Assembly (NCBI GenBank): GCA_038216025.1
Contig: JBBQQK010000002.1
Coordinates: 1-41,248, forward strand
Length of the DNA: 41,248 bases
Direction of reading: 5' to 3'
Origin: Patescibacteria group bacterium
GTDB taxonomy: Bacteria; Patescibacteriota; UBA1384; XYA2-FULL-43-10; 1-14-0-10-43-13
In this document: positions 17,386-25,894 of the stretch, one piece after another
Numbering within the stretch: position 1 is the stretch's first letter
Layout of the letters: each line of letters starts with the position of its first letter
Translations under genes and position numbers: made by a program
The notes under the pieces: generated by a model
Told to the model about the DNA's origin: nothing
What the model saw: the letters and a program-made list of their open reading frames with translations, nothing else
The model's database searches: none

Positions 17386-18328
17386 CTTTATAAACCATTC
17401 TTTGGTGATAAATTGATAAAAGCGTTTTTTCCAGTGATTGAGCAATCAATAAAAGTTCCTTCTCGGATAGGTTGACTGCTTTGAATTGCTTGTCTTCCAT
17501 TCTTTCTTTTATCGAATTTTGAACCAAAAAGTTGATTTTTTCTTCGTTAACTTCCGTTAATGCTCTGGCGGTTGCTTCTACACAGTCTGCAAGCATAAGT
17601 ATTGCCGATTCTTTTGATTGGGGTTTTGGGCCGGAATATCTAAAATCTGTTCTTTTGATCTTTAGTCCATGCTCTTTCGCTTTTTGAAAGAAATACAAAG
17701 CTCTGGTTGTGCCATGGTGTTCTTTAATCAAGTCAATGATTTCCGAAGGTAGTTCATGGGCTTCTGCTATTTTTATTCCTTTTTCTACATGCGAAATAAT
17801 AGCCTCTGCGTTTTTTCTAATACTGTCTGCATCTTCGTTGGTCGGTATTTCAATGCCCGCTTGATTTTCCATAAAAGCGGTAGGGTTTTCAAGTTTCCCA
17901 ATATCGTGGTAGTAGCCAGCTGTGCTAACCAAAAGTGAATTTGCGCCGATTGCTTTGGCCGCTTTTTGTGCCAGAGTGGATACGTTTAGTGAATGGTGAT
18001 AAGTTCCAGGTGCTTCGCTAGAAAGCCTTGTTAGAAGAGGACTGGACAGGCTTTCTATTTTTAACATCTTCTGTAAAGTCATAATGGCTTCGTTTAATAT
18101 CGGGCTCAGTACAGATAAGCAGAACGTTAATATAGCGGCCAACAAAATAGAGAAAATAGCAAAGAATCCCAAGCGGGATGGAAAAGTAGGCTCAAATACT
18201 GCAACGAGATAATCAAGCAGTAATAGAAACACAAAACTCAAGCAACTTATCGAAAAAAATGAAATAATAAAGTATTTGGAATAGTTTTTTGGCATTATGA
18301 AATCTCGATGGCATGGAAAACCAGCCAA
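17360..18328 (-). CDS. Membrane-anchored HD-domain phosphohydrolase, short PgpH-like
   Basis: 322 aa with two or three N-terminal TM helices. HHSLNVSTLAQKAAKAIGANSLLVSTAGYYHDIGK resembles the HD domain of PgpH/YqfF. Its position upstream of ybeY-dgkA matches the Bacillus yqfF-ybeY-dgkA order. The start is TTG 18328 or ATG 18295. Confidence 0.7.
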   Translation of the reverse strand: MAGFPCHRDFIMPKNYSKYFIISFFSISCLSFVFLLLLDYLVAVFEPTFPSRLGFFAIFSILLAAILTFCLSVLSPILNEAIMTLQKMLKIESLSSPLLTRLSSEAPGTYHHSLNVSTLAQKAAKAIGANSLLVSTAGYYHDIGKLENPTAFMENQAGIEIPTNEDADSIRKNAEAIISHVEKGIKIAEAHELPSEIIDLIKEHHGTTRALYFFQKAKEHGLKIKRTDFRYSGPKPQSKESAILMLADCVEATARALTEVNEEKINFLVQNSIKERMEDKQFKAVNLSEKELLLIAQSLEKTLLSIYHQRMVYKDGQFDNRK

Positions 18329-18334
18329 CTCACA

Positions 18335-18778
18335 TTAGCTTAATAGTTCTTTTGTTAGTCTGGATACTATGGCTCCGTCAACCACTTTGCCGTGTTCTGC
18401 CATAATGCTGCCTATAACTTTACCCATATCGCTTTGAGAGGCGGCGCCTAAATCTTGAATTTTATTCGTCACAAGAATTCTGATATCTTCTTCGCTTAGT
18501 TGTTGCGGCAAATATGTTTCAATAAGAGATGCTTCTTTTTCTTCATTTTCAGCTGTTTCTGACTTTCCGCCATTGCGGTATTCGATTGCCGAATCTTTTC
18601 TTTGTTTTGCTTCTTTTTTCAGAACTTTTATTGCTTCCTCGTCAGAGAGAGCGGATTTTTTTGCGATTTCTTCATTTTTAAGTGATGATTTTATCATACG
18701 CAAAACTCCGGACGTGAATTCGTCTCGAAGTTTGTAGGCCTGAATGAAATCGGTGTTTATTTTATCTACTAAAGACAT
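18335..18778 (-). CDS. yqeY: GatB/YqeY domain protein
   Basis: 147 aa. MSLVDKINTDFIQAYKLRDEFTSGVLRMIKSSLKNEEI and the overall length are typical of YqeY. Confidence 0.8.
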   Translation of the reverse strand: MSLVDKINTDFIQAYKLRDEFTSGVLRMIKSSLKNEEIAKKSALSDEEAIKVLKKEAKQRKDSAIEYRNGGKSETAENEEKEASLIETYLPQQLSEEDIRILVTNKIQDLGAASQSDMGKVIGSIMAEHGKVVDGAIVSRLTKELLS

Positions 18779-18845
18779 AATTACTCCGTTTTAGACTTAA
18801 CGTTGGCAAAATTCAGAAAACTTGACCAACTGTTTAAGCAACTAA

Positions 18846-19040
18846 TTAGTAGCCTCTTCGTAATTTTCGAATAATATTCTTTCGAATAGCGGTAGCGCGT
18901 TTTTGAGATCTGTTTTCTTCTTTGGCAAAAAATCGTTTAGTTTTGGCCATAGTCAAAATACCGCTTTGCTGTACCTCTCGGTTGAAGCGTCTTAGTAAAA
19001 CATCAAATTTTTCTTCGCCTTTTCTTTGTACTTCTAGCAA
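18846..19040 (-). CDS. rpsU: 30S ribosomal protein S21
   Basis: LEVQRKGEEKFDVLLRRFNREVQQSG...RKLRRGY. I place the start at TTG 19040, 5 nt after GGTGA. The track start at 19073 would lie about 14 nt from the predicted TSS with no SD. Confidence 0.8.
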   Translation of the reverse strand: MLEVQRKGEEKFDVLLRRFNREVQQSGILTMAKTKRFFAKEENRSQKRATAIRKNIIRKLRRGY

Positions 19041-19093
19041 AAAAATCACCGCCCTTCGTATATATTTAAACAAATAGTCGAATAACTCTTTTA

Positions 19094-19122
19094 TTTATAT
19101 CAAATTTAGAGATTTTTGGCAA
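19094..19122 (-). promoter_or_regulatory. Sigma70-like promoter of rpsU
   Basis: Minus strand reads TTGCCA (19122-19117), a 17-nt spacer, then TATAAA (19099-19094). Confidence 0.45.
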
Positions 19123-19179
19123 GGGAAAATAAAATCTTGCTATGTCATTATCCCTCTATGCTTTATTTGGAATTGTTAT

Positions 19180-19518
19180 TTAGGCAATGTCACCTAACTG
19201 ATTGCCGCCCAAAATATGAAAATGAAGATGGTCTACTGCTTGTCCGGCATCTTTGCCTGAATTAGCCACAAGACGATAACTTATTAGACCCATTTCACCT
19301 GCTATCGCCTTGGCGCTCATAATAAGGCGGCCCATCATAGCTGTATCGCTATCCATTAAATCAGCTACTGAATTTAAGTGTTTTTTTGGGATAATTAAGA
19401 TGTGCACCTTCGCTTTGGGTTCCATATCATCGAAAGCGATGAACTCTTCATTTTCAAATCTAATTTTAGTAGGTATTTCGTGTTTGGCAATTTTGCAAAA
19501 CAGGCAATTGTCGGACAT
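19180..19518 (-). CDS. HIT-family (histidine triad) nucleotide hydrolase
   Basis: 112 aa with CLFCKI and the HLHFHILGG triad. Confidence 0.85.
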   Translation of the reverse strand: MSDNCLFCKIAKHEIPTKIRFENEEFIAFDDMEPKAKVHILIIPKKHLNSVADLMDSDTAMMGRLIMSAKAIAGEMGLISYRLVANSGKDAGQAVDHLHFHILGGNQLGDIA

Positions 19519-19579
19519 ATTTCTCCTTAGTTATTAGATAGGATTAACAATTAATTAGTCATTGGTCCAAGCAAACAGT

Positions 19580-19671
19580 GTCGTTGCGAGCGTGTCACGA
19601 AGAAAACTCGAGTAGTTCTGTCATCCTGAAGACTCTTTGGTGTTTATATTATAGAAAATCGTTCAGGATCC
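19580..19671. repeat. GTCAT-type hairpin modules
   Basis: GTCGTTGCGAGCGTGTCACGAAG (19580-19602) is 21/23 identical to 37858-37880. GTCATCCTGAA (19620-19630) equals 8212-8222 and pairs with TTCAGGAT (19662-19669). Confidence 0.6.
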
Positions 19672-19699
19672 ACATAAGTAATTGCTGTAAAGTCGAAAA

Positions 19700-20203
19700 C
19701 TATCGAAGCAGTAACTTCAAATAATCACTCAGTTTGTTTGGGGGATTTTTAACTTTCAATTTGGAACTTTTAACGCGTAAACCTTTTACCATTTTTGGCC
19801 ATTCTTCTTTAAGCCATTTTTTATGGCTTTTGATTTCCTCTCCAAAACCTCGAATGTACAATTCCTTATCAATTATTTTGCCCTGATGAGGATTTTTGTA
19901 TTTTTGAGGATGCGGAGAGCAAAAGCCATGAGCATAATGAGCCATTTCGTGTGCTATAACTAAGTCTACTACATGTTCCGGCACTATTTCATCTCTAAAA
20001 ATACCAGTGATGGTTATTACCGAAGGGTTGTGATTTATCACGCCCAGGATAACAAGCCTGCTTCGTGCTTGTTTTATGCTGCCAAGACGTGTTAACGCCT
20101 GCCGTCCGAAGCAAATTTTTACTTCATTAATACGTTCAACATCAGTAAAATAAGTGGTCCATATATATTCAAGTCGATTTTCAAGCCATGCATTGTCTCT
20201 CAT
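19700..20203 (-). CDS. SprT-like / HExxH zinc metallopeptidase-like protein
   Basis: The likely start is MRDNAWLENRLEYIW (ATG 20203); the track start is TTG 20221. It has IAHEMAHYAHG (HExxH) preceded by FGRQALTRLGSIK, resembling SprT/DUF45-type proteins. The family call is tentative. Confidence 0.45.
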   Translation of the reverse strand: MRDNAWLENRLEYIWTTYFTDVERINEVKICFGRQALTRLGSIKQARSRLVILGVINHNPSVITITGIFRDEIVPEHVVDLVIAHEMAHYAHGFCSPHPQKYKNPHQGKIIDKELYIRGFGEEIKSHKKWLKEEWPKMVKGLRVKSSKLKVKNPPNKLSDYLKLLLR

Positions 20204-20387
20204 GGGTAAATAATAACACAAAAAAAAGAGCGTAGCACAAGGCCGACGTAAAGAAATTAAACATGTCGCAAACTATAAATCGACATTGGATTGATACAAA
20301 ACCCTTGACAAGCAACCGCTAATATGTTTAACTCTACAACGTGTCTTTTTGGTCGAACAATAGGGTGCTCAAAGTGAGCTTAACCTA

Positions 20388-20416
20388 TTGACAAACTGGT
20401 ACAATTGTGCTATAAT
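20388..20416 (+). promoter_or_regulatory. Perfect consensus sigma70 promoter with extended -10
   Basis: TTGACA (20388-20393), a 17-nt spacer ending in TGc, then TATAAT (20411-20416), about 105 nt upstream of ATG 20522. Confidence 0.65.
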
Positions 20417-20521
20417 GGGAGGGTTCTTTCAGTTGAGAGAACACTTTTTAATTAATAAAGGGCTCTGGAATAAGGCTTCGTTATCCTGAATGTACACCAG
20501 CCGAACATCCAGAACCAACAA

Positions 20522-21280
20522 ATGGGTCTTCTCAAAGAGAGACTTAAGAAAAAAATCAGTAAGCTTAAGGTTAAACAAAGCCTTTTGCTTTCAACAAATC
20601 TTTTCATTTTGATGCTTCCCCTTGCTTTAACTCCTGCTTCTACGCAGGACATAAGCCGAGCTGCAAGCACCGGTGAAATCAAATTAGCTCTAGATAAACA
20701 CATCGTTGTTGAGAGTGTAAGCACTTTGCCTACCATTCAACCGGGTGAATCTATAGAGCAAAAAATTACAAGAGAAAAAGCAGAAGCTGATGCAAAAGCA
20801 AAAGCTGACGCCGATTCGCGAACCAAGGCTAAAGCAGAAGCAGCAAGAATTGCTGCCGAAAAGGCTGCTCAAGCGCAACGTAACGTTGTTGCCCGTGAGA
20901 GCCAAACTCGCGTAGTGGCTGATCCGTCAAATTTTGACGAGATTTATGCTGCTGCTGGTGCTGCTTACGGTGTTGACCCTCGAATCTTGAAGGCTGTCCA
21001 CACTGTAGAAACAGGTAGAAGCGGTTCGACTGCTGTAACATCGTATGCTAATGCGCAAGGTCCAATGCAGTTTCTTCCGTCAACCTGGAGATCTTATGGG
21101 GTAGACGGTAACGGTGATGGACGAGCTGATATTACCAATGTCTCAGATGCCATCTTTGCCGCTGCTAAGTACCTTAAAGCATGTGGCTACCCGGATGTGA
21201 AAAAAGCCCTTTGGGGTTACAATCCTTCGCAAGCCTATTATAATAAAGTTATGAATGTTGCTCATTCGTTTGGTTTCTAA
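20522..21280 (+). CDS. Secreted lytic transglycosylase (SLT/MltB-like domain) with an Ala/Lys-rich coiled linker
   Basis: 252 aa. N-terminal signal/anchor LLLSTNLFILMLPLALTPAS. Linker EKAEADAKAKADADSRTKAKAEAARIAAEKAAQAQ. The catalytic region has HTVETG, GPMQFLPSTWRSYGVDGNGDG and DAIFAAAKYL. Confidence 0.8.
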   Translation: MGLLKERLKKKISKLKVKQSLLLSTNLFILMLPLALTPASTQDISRAASTGEIKLALDKHIVVESVSTLPTIQPGESIEQKITREKAEADAKAKADADSRTKAKAEAARIAAEKAAQAQRNVVARESQTRVVADPSNFDEIYAAAGAAYGVDPRILKAVHTVETGRSGSTAVTSYANAQGPMQFLPSTWRSYGVDGNGDGRADITNVSDAIFAAAKYLKACGYPDVKKALWGYNPSQAYYNKVMNVAHSFGF

Positions 21281-21304
21281 TCAAATTTATAAGCAACTAT
21301 AGAG

Positions 21305-21337
21305 AAAAACGCTCCGAGTAATCGGGGCGTTTTTTTG
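21305..21337 (+). terminator. Intrinsic terminator of the lytic transglycosylase gene
   Basis: AACGCTCCG-agtaat-CGGGGCGTT (one U-G pair) followed by a T7 run. Confidence 0.7.
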
Positions 21338-21439
21338 TCTGTAAATCTAGTCATTGCATTGTCATTCCCGGCACACATTTACTCATTACAATAGCAACTG
21401 AACGGGAATCTAAGATATAGATTTTTAAATAATTTTTTC

Positions 21440-21549
21440 CTTAAGGACCAGGGGCTCAGAGTTTCTCCTTCGGCAGGCTCAGGATGGTGAGCTAAGTCGA
21501 ATCCAGATGCCCGACCCTGCATACCGGCAGGCAGGCCTAAGTCCTTAAG
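21440..21549. repeat. 110-bp GC-rich module bounded by 9-bp terminal inverted repeats (MITE-like)
   Basis: CTTAAGGAC (21440-21448) pairs with GTCCTTAAG (21541-21549). The interior has CGGCAGGC twice and is far more GC-rich than its flanks. Confidence 0.45.
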
Positions 21550-21584
21550 AATCCCTTACCTTGGCACAACTTTTTCATGATGCT

Positions 21585-21663
21585 AAAGAATAATTTCTTT
21601 GCTTTTCAGATTGAACTCGCATACGCTCGGAATCAATCTTCAAAGTGGTAGAAATTATTCTTT
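21585..21663. repeat. Long nested hairpin with a 14-bp perfect inverted repeat
   Basis: AAAGAATAATTTCT (21585-21598) pairs with AGAAATTATTCTTT (21650-21663). An inner 7-bp stem AGATTGA/TCAATCT lies between them. Confidence 0.5.
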
Positions 21664-21745
21664 GATCTTCTGAAAAAGAGTAAGACAGCTTTAACTGAGA
21701 ATTAATAATACTTAATACTTAATCCTCAATACTTTGATACTGCCC

Positions 21746-23056
21746 CTATAGTTGGCCCATGCCGCCGTTGGATGAGGTATCCCAACTAGCAAATTTTGCG
21801 GCTGACCCTAGCTTTTCTTCAATCTCTAAGATTCTATTATATTTTGAAGTCCTCTCTGCTCTACAAGGAGCGCCGCATTTCAATGCGCCGCATCCGCATG
21901 CAACGGCCAAGTCAGCAATAAAGTCATCCTCTGTCTCGCCGGAACGATGTGAAATAATAACCTTAAAGCCTGCTTCTTCCGCAATTCGAATAGTTTGAAG
22001 AGTTTCAGTCAATGTGCCGATTTGATTTGGCTTAATAAGGATACCTGTTGAAGTATGTTGCTCTATCCCCTTCTTTAGAAGTCCTTTATTGGTGGCGAAA
22101 AGGTCATCGCCGATTAATTCAACATGATTGCCAATGCGAAGTGTTAAATCATGCCAGCCCTGCCAGTCGTCTTGGTCAAGAGCGTCTTCTATTGAAATAA
22201 TTGGATACTTTTCAACCCATTTTGCATAAAATTCTATCATTTGCTGAGTAGTCAAAGATGAATTTTCTCTATATAGTTCATACACGCCTTCCGAATAGAA
22301 TCGGCTAGCGGCGGGATCTAATGCTATAAAAACTTGTTCCCCTGCTTCATAGCCAGCTTCTTTTATGGCCATCATTAGAAGCTCCATTGCTTGCTCATTG
22401 GAAAATAAGGATGGAGCAAAACCGCCCTCATCGCCGACAAGAGGCTGGTAGTTTCTCTCTTCTAGTATTTTGCCCAGCGCATGATGTATCTCTACTCCGG
22501 CGCGCATTGCTTCACGAAAAGATTGAAACTTAATGGGCACAATCATAAATTCCTGAAAATCTGTCGAACCAAACGCATGTTTGCCACCATTTAGGATGTT
22601 CATCATTGGAAGAGGCATTATAAATCTGTTCGGTTTTCTTTCAAGCAATTCGGCCAAGTATTTATACAAGGGCATCTTTTTGCTCTTTGATGCGGCCTTC
22701 GCTACTCCCAAAGAAACGGACAAAATGGCATTTGCTCCAAATTTTGATTTGTCCGGTGTGCCATCTAGCTCAATCATTCTTTGGTCTACGGACGATAAGC
22801 TGTCAGCTTCCATGCCGATGAGTGCTTCTCTTATTGGTCCATTTACATTAGCAACAGCTTTAAGTACGCCTTTGCCGTTGAGCCGCCTTGGGTCGTTATC
22901 CCTTAGCTCATGGGCTTCATGACGGCTTCTTACAACTCCGGAAGGAACTAGCCCAAGAGAGTGAGATCCGTCGTTTAAAATCACCTCACAAGCTATTGTG
23001 GGGTTTCCTCTAGAATCAAATACTTCTCTTGCTAAGATATCTTTTATAATTGCCAT
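21746..23056 (-). CDS. eno: Enolase
   Basis: 436 aa with MAIIKDILAREVFDSRGNPT, IGDDLFATN and SHRSGETEDDFIADLAV. GGAGG lies 5 nt before the ATG. Confidence 0.95.
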   Translation of the reverse strand: MAIIKDILAREVFDSRGNPTIACEVILNDGSHSLGLVPSGVVRSRHEAHELRDNDPRRLNGKGVLKAVANVNGPIREALIGMEADSLSSVDQRMIELDGTPDKSKFGANAILSVSLGVAKAASKSKKMPLYKYLAELLERKPNRFIMPLPMMNILNGGKHAFGSTDFQEFMIVPIKFQSFREAMRAGVEIHHALGKILEERNYQPLVGDEGGFAPSLFSNEQAMELLMMAIKEAGYEAGEQVFIALDPAASRFYSEGVYELYRENSSLTTQQMIEFYAKWVEKYPIISIEDALDQDDWQGWHDLTLRIGNHVELIGDDLFATNKGLLKKGIEQHTSTGILIKPNQIGTLTETLQTIRIAEEAGFKVIISHRSGETEDDFIADLAVACGCGALKCGAPCRAERTSKYNRILEIEEKLGSAAKFASWDTSSNGGMGQL

Positions 23057-23112
23057 ATTTCCTCCGTCGCACTTATATCTTGTCTAAATAGTGTTTTGTA
23101 AGCTGCTCACTA

Positions 23113-23292
23113 GTCATTTCGACGATCTCGATGTGTTATCGAGAGGAGAAATCTCAGAATGGTAACCTCGTAATGTATTCGAATTTTGTGTTTTATTCTT
23201 TAATACTACATCAATTATGTGTTAAAAGCGAACCAATGGCTAACAAGTAATCCTACTAAATTACGAATGTTCAAAAATTACTAAATTACGAA
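23113..23292. repeat. GTCAT-type hairpin module plus two copies of TACTAAATTACGAA
   Basis: GTCATTTCGACG (23113-23124) is followed by the hairpin TCTCGAT-gtgtt-ATCGAGA (23126-23144). The 14-nt direct repeat occurs at 23254-23267 and 23279-23292, and an inverted TCGTAAT lies near 23169. Confidence 0.45.
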
Positions 23293-23377
23293 AGGGCGCA
23301 TCGACGAAATTGAAATGTTCTTATTTGATATTAGTAATTTCTGTGTGATTGGTAATTTGGTAGTAGCTGACTAGCGG

Positions 23378-24622
23378 CTACTCTGCTACCGGTTTCACAT
23401 CGGGCGGCACAACACAAATCCAAGTTTGGCCCCTGCTGAAGACTATTTCTTTACCATCTTGATCAAAAAACATTTCTCTGGTGTCTTTTGACTCTTTTCT
23501 CCAGCTGCCTTTTATTGCCTTTCCATCTAGAAAAAATTGAGCACTACCTTCTCCGATGGTAGTCATAGTAAGGCCCGGTTCGTTTATTCGTGTGACTGTT
23601 GGCTGTGCCTTTACTGTCATTACGATAATATTTTTTGGGTTGATTGCCTTTTTGCTGATCTGATCCGTATGTATTTTGCCGGCCATGTAGCGCTTATATG
23701 AATTAGTACTTTTGTCGTATTCAAAGGCAACCTTATATTGGTTGTTTGAATAATCAATTGTTATTTTCTGATTTTGAGGCAAAGTATCGTCTGCTGGATC
23801 ATCTTTGAATTTATAGGTACTAAAGTTATTGGAGGCCGAATATTTATTTTTTTCTGCTTGTTCTCTCAGTTTTGTCGTTGATGTAAACATGGTGTGTTCC
23901 GAGGCTACGTTGGCCGCTCTTTCCCGCCAATAAGCTGAGGAATATTTGAATTGGTCCAAATCGAGTATTTTGTCTACAGGTATTTTATCCAACGCGTCGA
24001 TATTGCCGCCAACATGGGCAAAATACGCATCGTATCCATGGGCCCAATCAACAAAATAAGTTCTGGCTGATCGGACAGGCCCAACCTTTTCTGCTTCTTT
24101 TGTGGTGAAAATACCCATAAAACGAGTTATTCCCCCTTCGCTAAGAGCTTCATAGACAACCGACGCCTTATCTAGGCCGGCTTGGGGGCGAGCGTCTGGA
24201 TGGTTTTCTACTATAATAGCAAGAGGATGATTGCTTGTAATGCTTTCATCTTCAACCATTACTCCATCGAGAGGCGATTCATATAAGGTTGGTTGTGTTG
24301 GCACTGTTAAGCTCTTGTTATCGCTTGTTATATTGTTGCTTGTATCGTCATCATGAGAAAGATAATACAATCCCGCTCCTACCAAAGCGGCTAATAATAT
24401 AATAAATGTCCACAATAAGAATTTCAGTCTTTTTTTTGGATCTTTAAAATAATTTTTAATCTTTGTTCTCAGTGGAAGCTTAGCATTTCTTCTGTTTTGA
24501 TCAATTTTGCTGCTAGTGTCCATTTCTGATTCTTCAACATCTGCATTTGTTTCTTGTGCATCCTTATCTTCAGTCGATTCTTTATCGGTCAAATCTTTAT
24601 TTTTGTCTTTTATTTTGGTCAT
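23378..24622 (-). CDS. DUF3048 (YerB-like) secreted/anchored protein
   Basis: 414 aa. An acidic N-terminal tail, the TM helix FLLWTFIILLAALVGAGLYYL, then HPLAIIVENHPDARPQAGLDKASVVYEALSEGGITRFMGIF and GPVRSARTYFVDWA, typical of DUF3048. Confidence 0.75.
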   Translation of the reverse strand: MTKIKDKNKDLTDKESTEDKDAQETNADVEESEMDTSSKIDQNRRNAKLPLRTKIKNYFKDPKKRLKFLLWTFIILLAALVGAGLYYLSHDDDTSNNITSDNKSLTVPTQPTLYESPLDGVMVEDESITSNHPLAIIVENHPDARPQAGLDKASVVYEALSEGGITRFMGIFTTKEAEKVGPVRSARTYFVDWAHGYDAYFAHVGGNIDALDKIPVDKILDLDQFKYSSAYWRERAANVASEHTMFTSTTKLREQAEKNKYSASNNFSTYKFKDDPADDTLPQNQKITIDYSNNQYKVAFEYDKSTNSYKRYMAGKIHTDQISKKAINPKNIIVMTVKAQPTVTRINEPGLTMTTIGEGSAQFFLDGKAIKGSWRKESKDTREMFFDQDGKEIVFSRGQTWICVVPPDVKPVAE

Positions 24623-24670
24623 TGTGCTCTCAATCTTTTAATTAGTATCGTAATATTTATACTCAATCCA

Positions 24671-25600
24671 TCAATGCCAATCGGCCATGATGCCTCTTTT
24701 TCCTTGCTGCTTTTGTATGTAGTCAAAAGCCGAAAGAGCGGCTTTTGCTCCTTCACCTGCCGCGATAATAATTTGTTTGTAGGGTGTTGTGGTTAAGTCT
24801 CCCGCAGCAAATATTCCAGGTACCGATGTATTTTGATTCTGATTGATAATAATCTGGTTTTTTTCGTTTAGCTCAACAAGATTTTTAACCAGATCTCTGT
24901 TTACTATAAAGCCTACTTCAATGAAAACTCCGTCAGTTTTTATCTCATTCGTCTCTCCGTTTTTTAGCACAACACTTTCAACAACCTCGGTACCTTTTAT
25001 CTCGGTTACTTCGTTTTCTAGCCAAATTTTTATGTTTGTTGTCTCTTTTGCCTTTTCAACCAAAACTTCTTCGCCCAAAAAAGCACTTCTGCGATGAACT
25101 AAATTTACCTCATTGCAAATTTTGGACAGATATAAGGCTGCATCTAAGGCGGAATTTCCACCGCCCACTACAGTAACAATTTTTCCCCTGAAAAAGGGGC
25201 CATCGCAAGTTGCGCAATAACTGACGCCTTTTCCTTTGAATTGTTCTTCTCCGGGGACATCCAGTTCTTTGGGAGATTTTCCGAAAGCCAAAATTATAGT
25301 TTTGCTCTCATATGTATTGTTCTTCGTTTGAACCTGAAATGTATCATTTACTTTTTGAATAGACTTAACATCTTCAAATTTAATCTCGCTGCCGAATTTT
25401 TCAGCTTGAACTTTAAATTTTAGTGAAAGTTCAATGCCGCTGGTTTTCTCCAATCCGGGAAAGTTTTCAATATCCAAAGTTTGTGCAGCTTGACCGCCTA
25501 TATCTCTTGTGAGGATTAATGTTTTTAATGCTCTTCTGGATGAATATAGACCTGCTGTTAAACCTGCTGGTCCCCCGCCAATAATTACAACATCATACAT
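24671..25600 (-). CDS. trxB: Thioredoxin-disulfide reductase
   Basis: 309 aa with GGGPAG, the redox CATCDG, and GGGNSALD. Confidence 0.9.
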   Translation of the reverse strand: MYDVVIIGGGPAGLTAGLYSSRRALKTLILTRDIGGQAAQTLDIENFPGLEKTSGIELSLKFKVQAEKFGSEIKFEDVKSIQKVNDTFQVQTKNNTYESKTIILAFGKSPKELDVPGEEQFKGKGVSYCATCDGPFFRGKIVTVVGGGNSALDAALYLSKICNEVNLVHRRSAFLGEEVLVEKAKETTNIKIWLENEVTEIKGTEVVESVVLKNGETNEIKTDGVFIEVGFIVNRDLVKNLVELNEKNQIIINQNQNTSVPGIFAAGDLTTTPYKQIIIAAGEGAKAALSAFDYIQKQQGKRGIMADWH

Positions 25601-25639
25601 GCGTGTCCTTACGGTTAATATAGCTACAATTTATTCGGT

Positions 25640-25894
25640 TCATATCGCTATTCTTAAAAATAAAAATTTAATAACAGCGAATGCATAAAATAAAATATGT
25701 TTGGCTGCCGGCCAAGTTCCCGGAAGCATTATAATCAATAAAGCTATAAATATCCAGTGTCCTCTTTTGATGACCATATATACCTGCCACAACAAGAAAA
25801 CCAACAAAAAGAGAGAACATAAGTTCTGCCCATAAGGTGGTAGCTTTAAAATCAACTGGTCGTAATAGCTGAAAATTGAATTAAGTATTTCCAT
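25640..25894 (-). CDS. Small membrane protein (2-3 TM helices), unknown function
   Basis: 84-aa ORF whose ATG directly abuts the TAA of the upstream gene (25895), suggesting translational coupling. Hydrophobic segments are present. Confidence 0.5.
   Translation of the reverse strand: MEILNSIFSYYDQLILKLPPYGQNLCSLFLLVFLLWQVYMVIKRGHWIFIALLIIMLPGTWPAAKHILFYAFAVIKFLFLRIAI

Noticed and set aside
20305-20333. A second upstream promoter, TTGACA-17-TTAACT, before the consensus promoter at 20388.
   Set aside because: The -10 matches the consensus at only 3 of 6 positions, so it is kept as a note only.
20417-20521. Possible c-di-AMP (ydaO-type) riboswitch in the leader of the lytic transglycosylase gene. 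Such riboswitches precede wall hydrolases in other phyla, and the fragment CCGAACAUCC resembles a conserved element.
   Set aside because: The leader is only about 105 nt. It lacks the paired GGGG/ACCC pseudo-symmetric elements, and only one short hairpin is evident. This is too weak without a covariance-model scan.
20452-20736. Minus-strand 94-aa ORF overlapping the start of the lytic transglycosylase gene.
   Set aside because: It is antisense to a well-supported gene and its promoter and leader, with no recognisable domain.
21440-21549. tmRNA-like 5' signature on the minus strand (GGGUCGGGCAUCUGGAUUCGAC resembles GGGGCUGAUUCUGGAUUCGAC).
   Set aside because: I saw no tRNA-like 3' end (GGTTCGA...CCACCA) anywhere downstream. 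A ~350-nt tmRNA would have to overlap the lytic transglycosylase gene. The segment is bounded by inverted repeats like the other dispersed GC-rich modules.
23254-23292. Direct repeat TACTAAATTACGAA x2 with a 25-bp period, considered as a mini CRISPR or iteron array.
   Set aside because: There are only two copies, no conserved repeat-spacer periodicity beyond that, and no cas genes. It is more likely part of the dispersed repeat debris.
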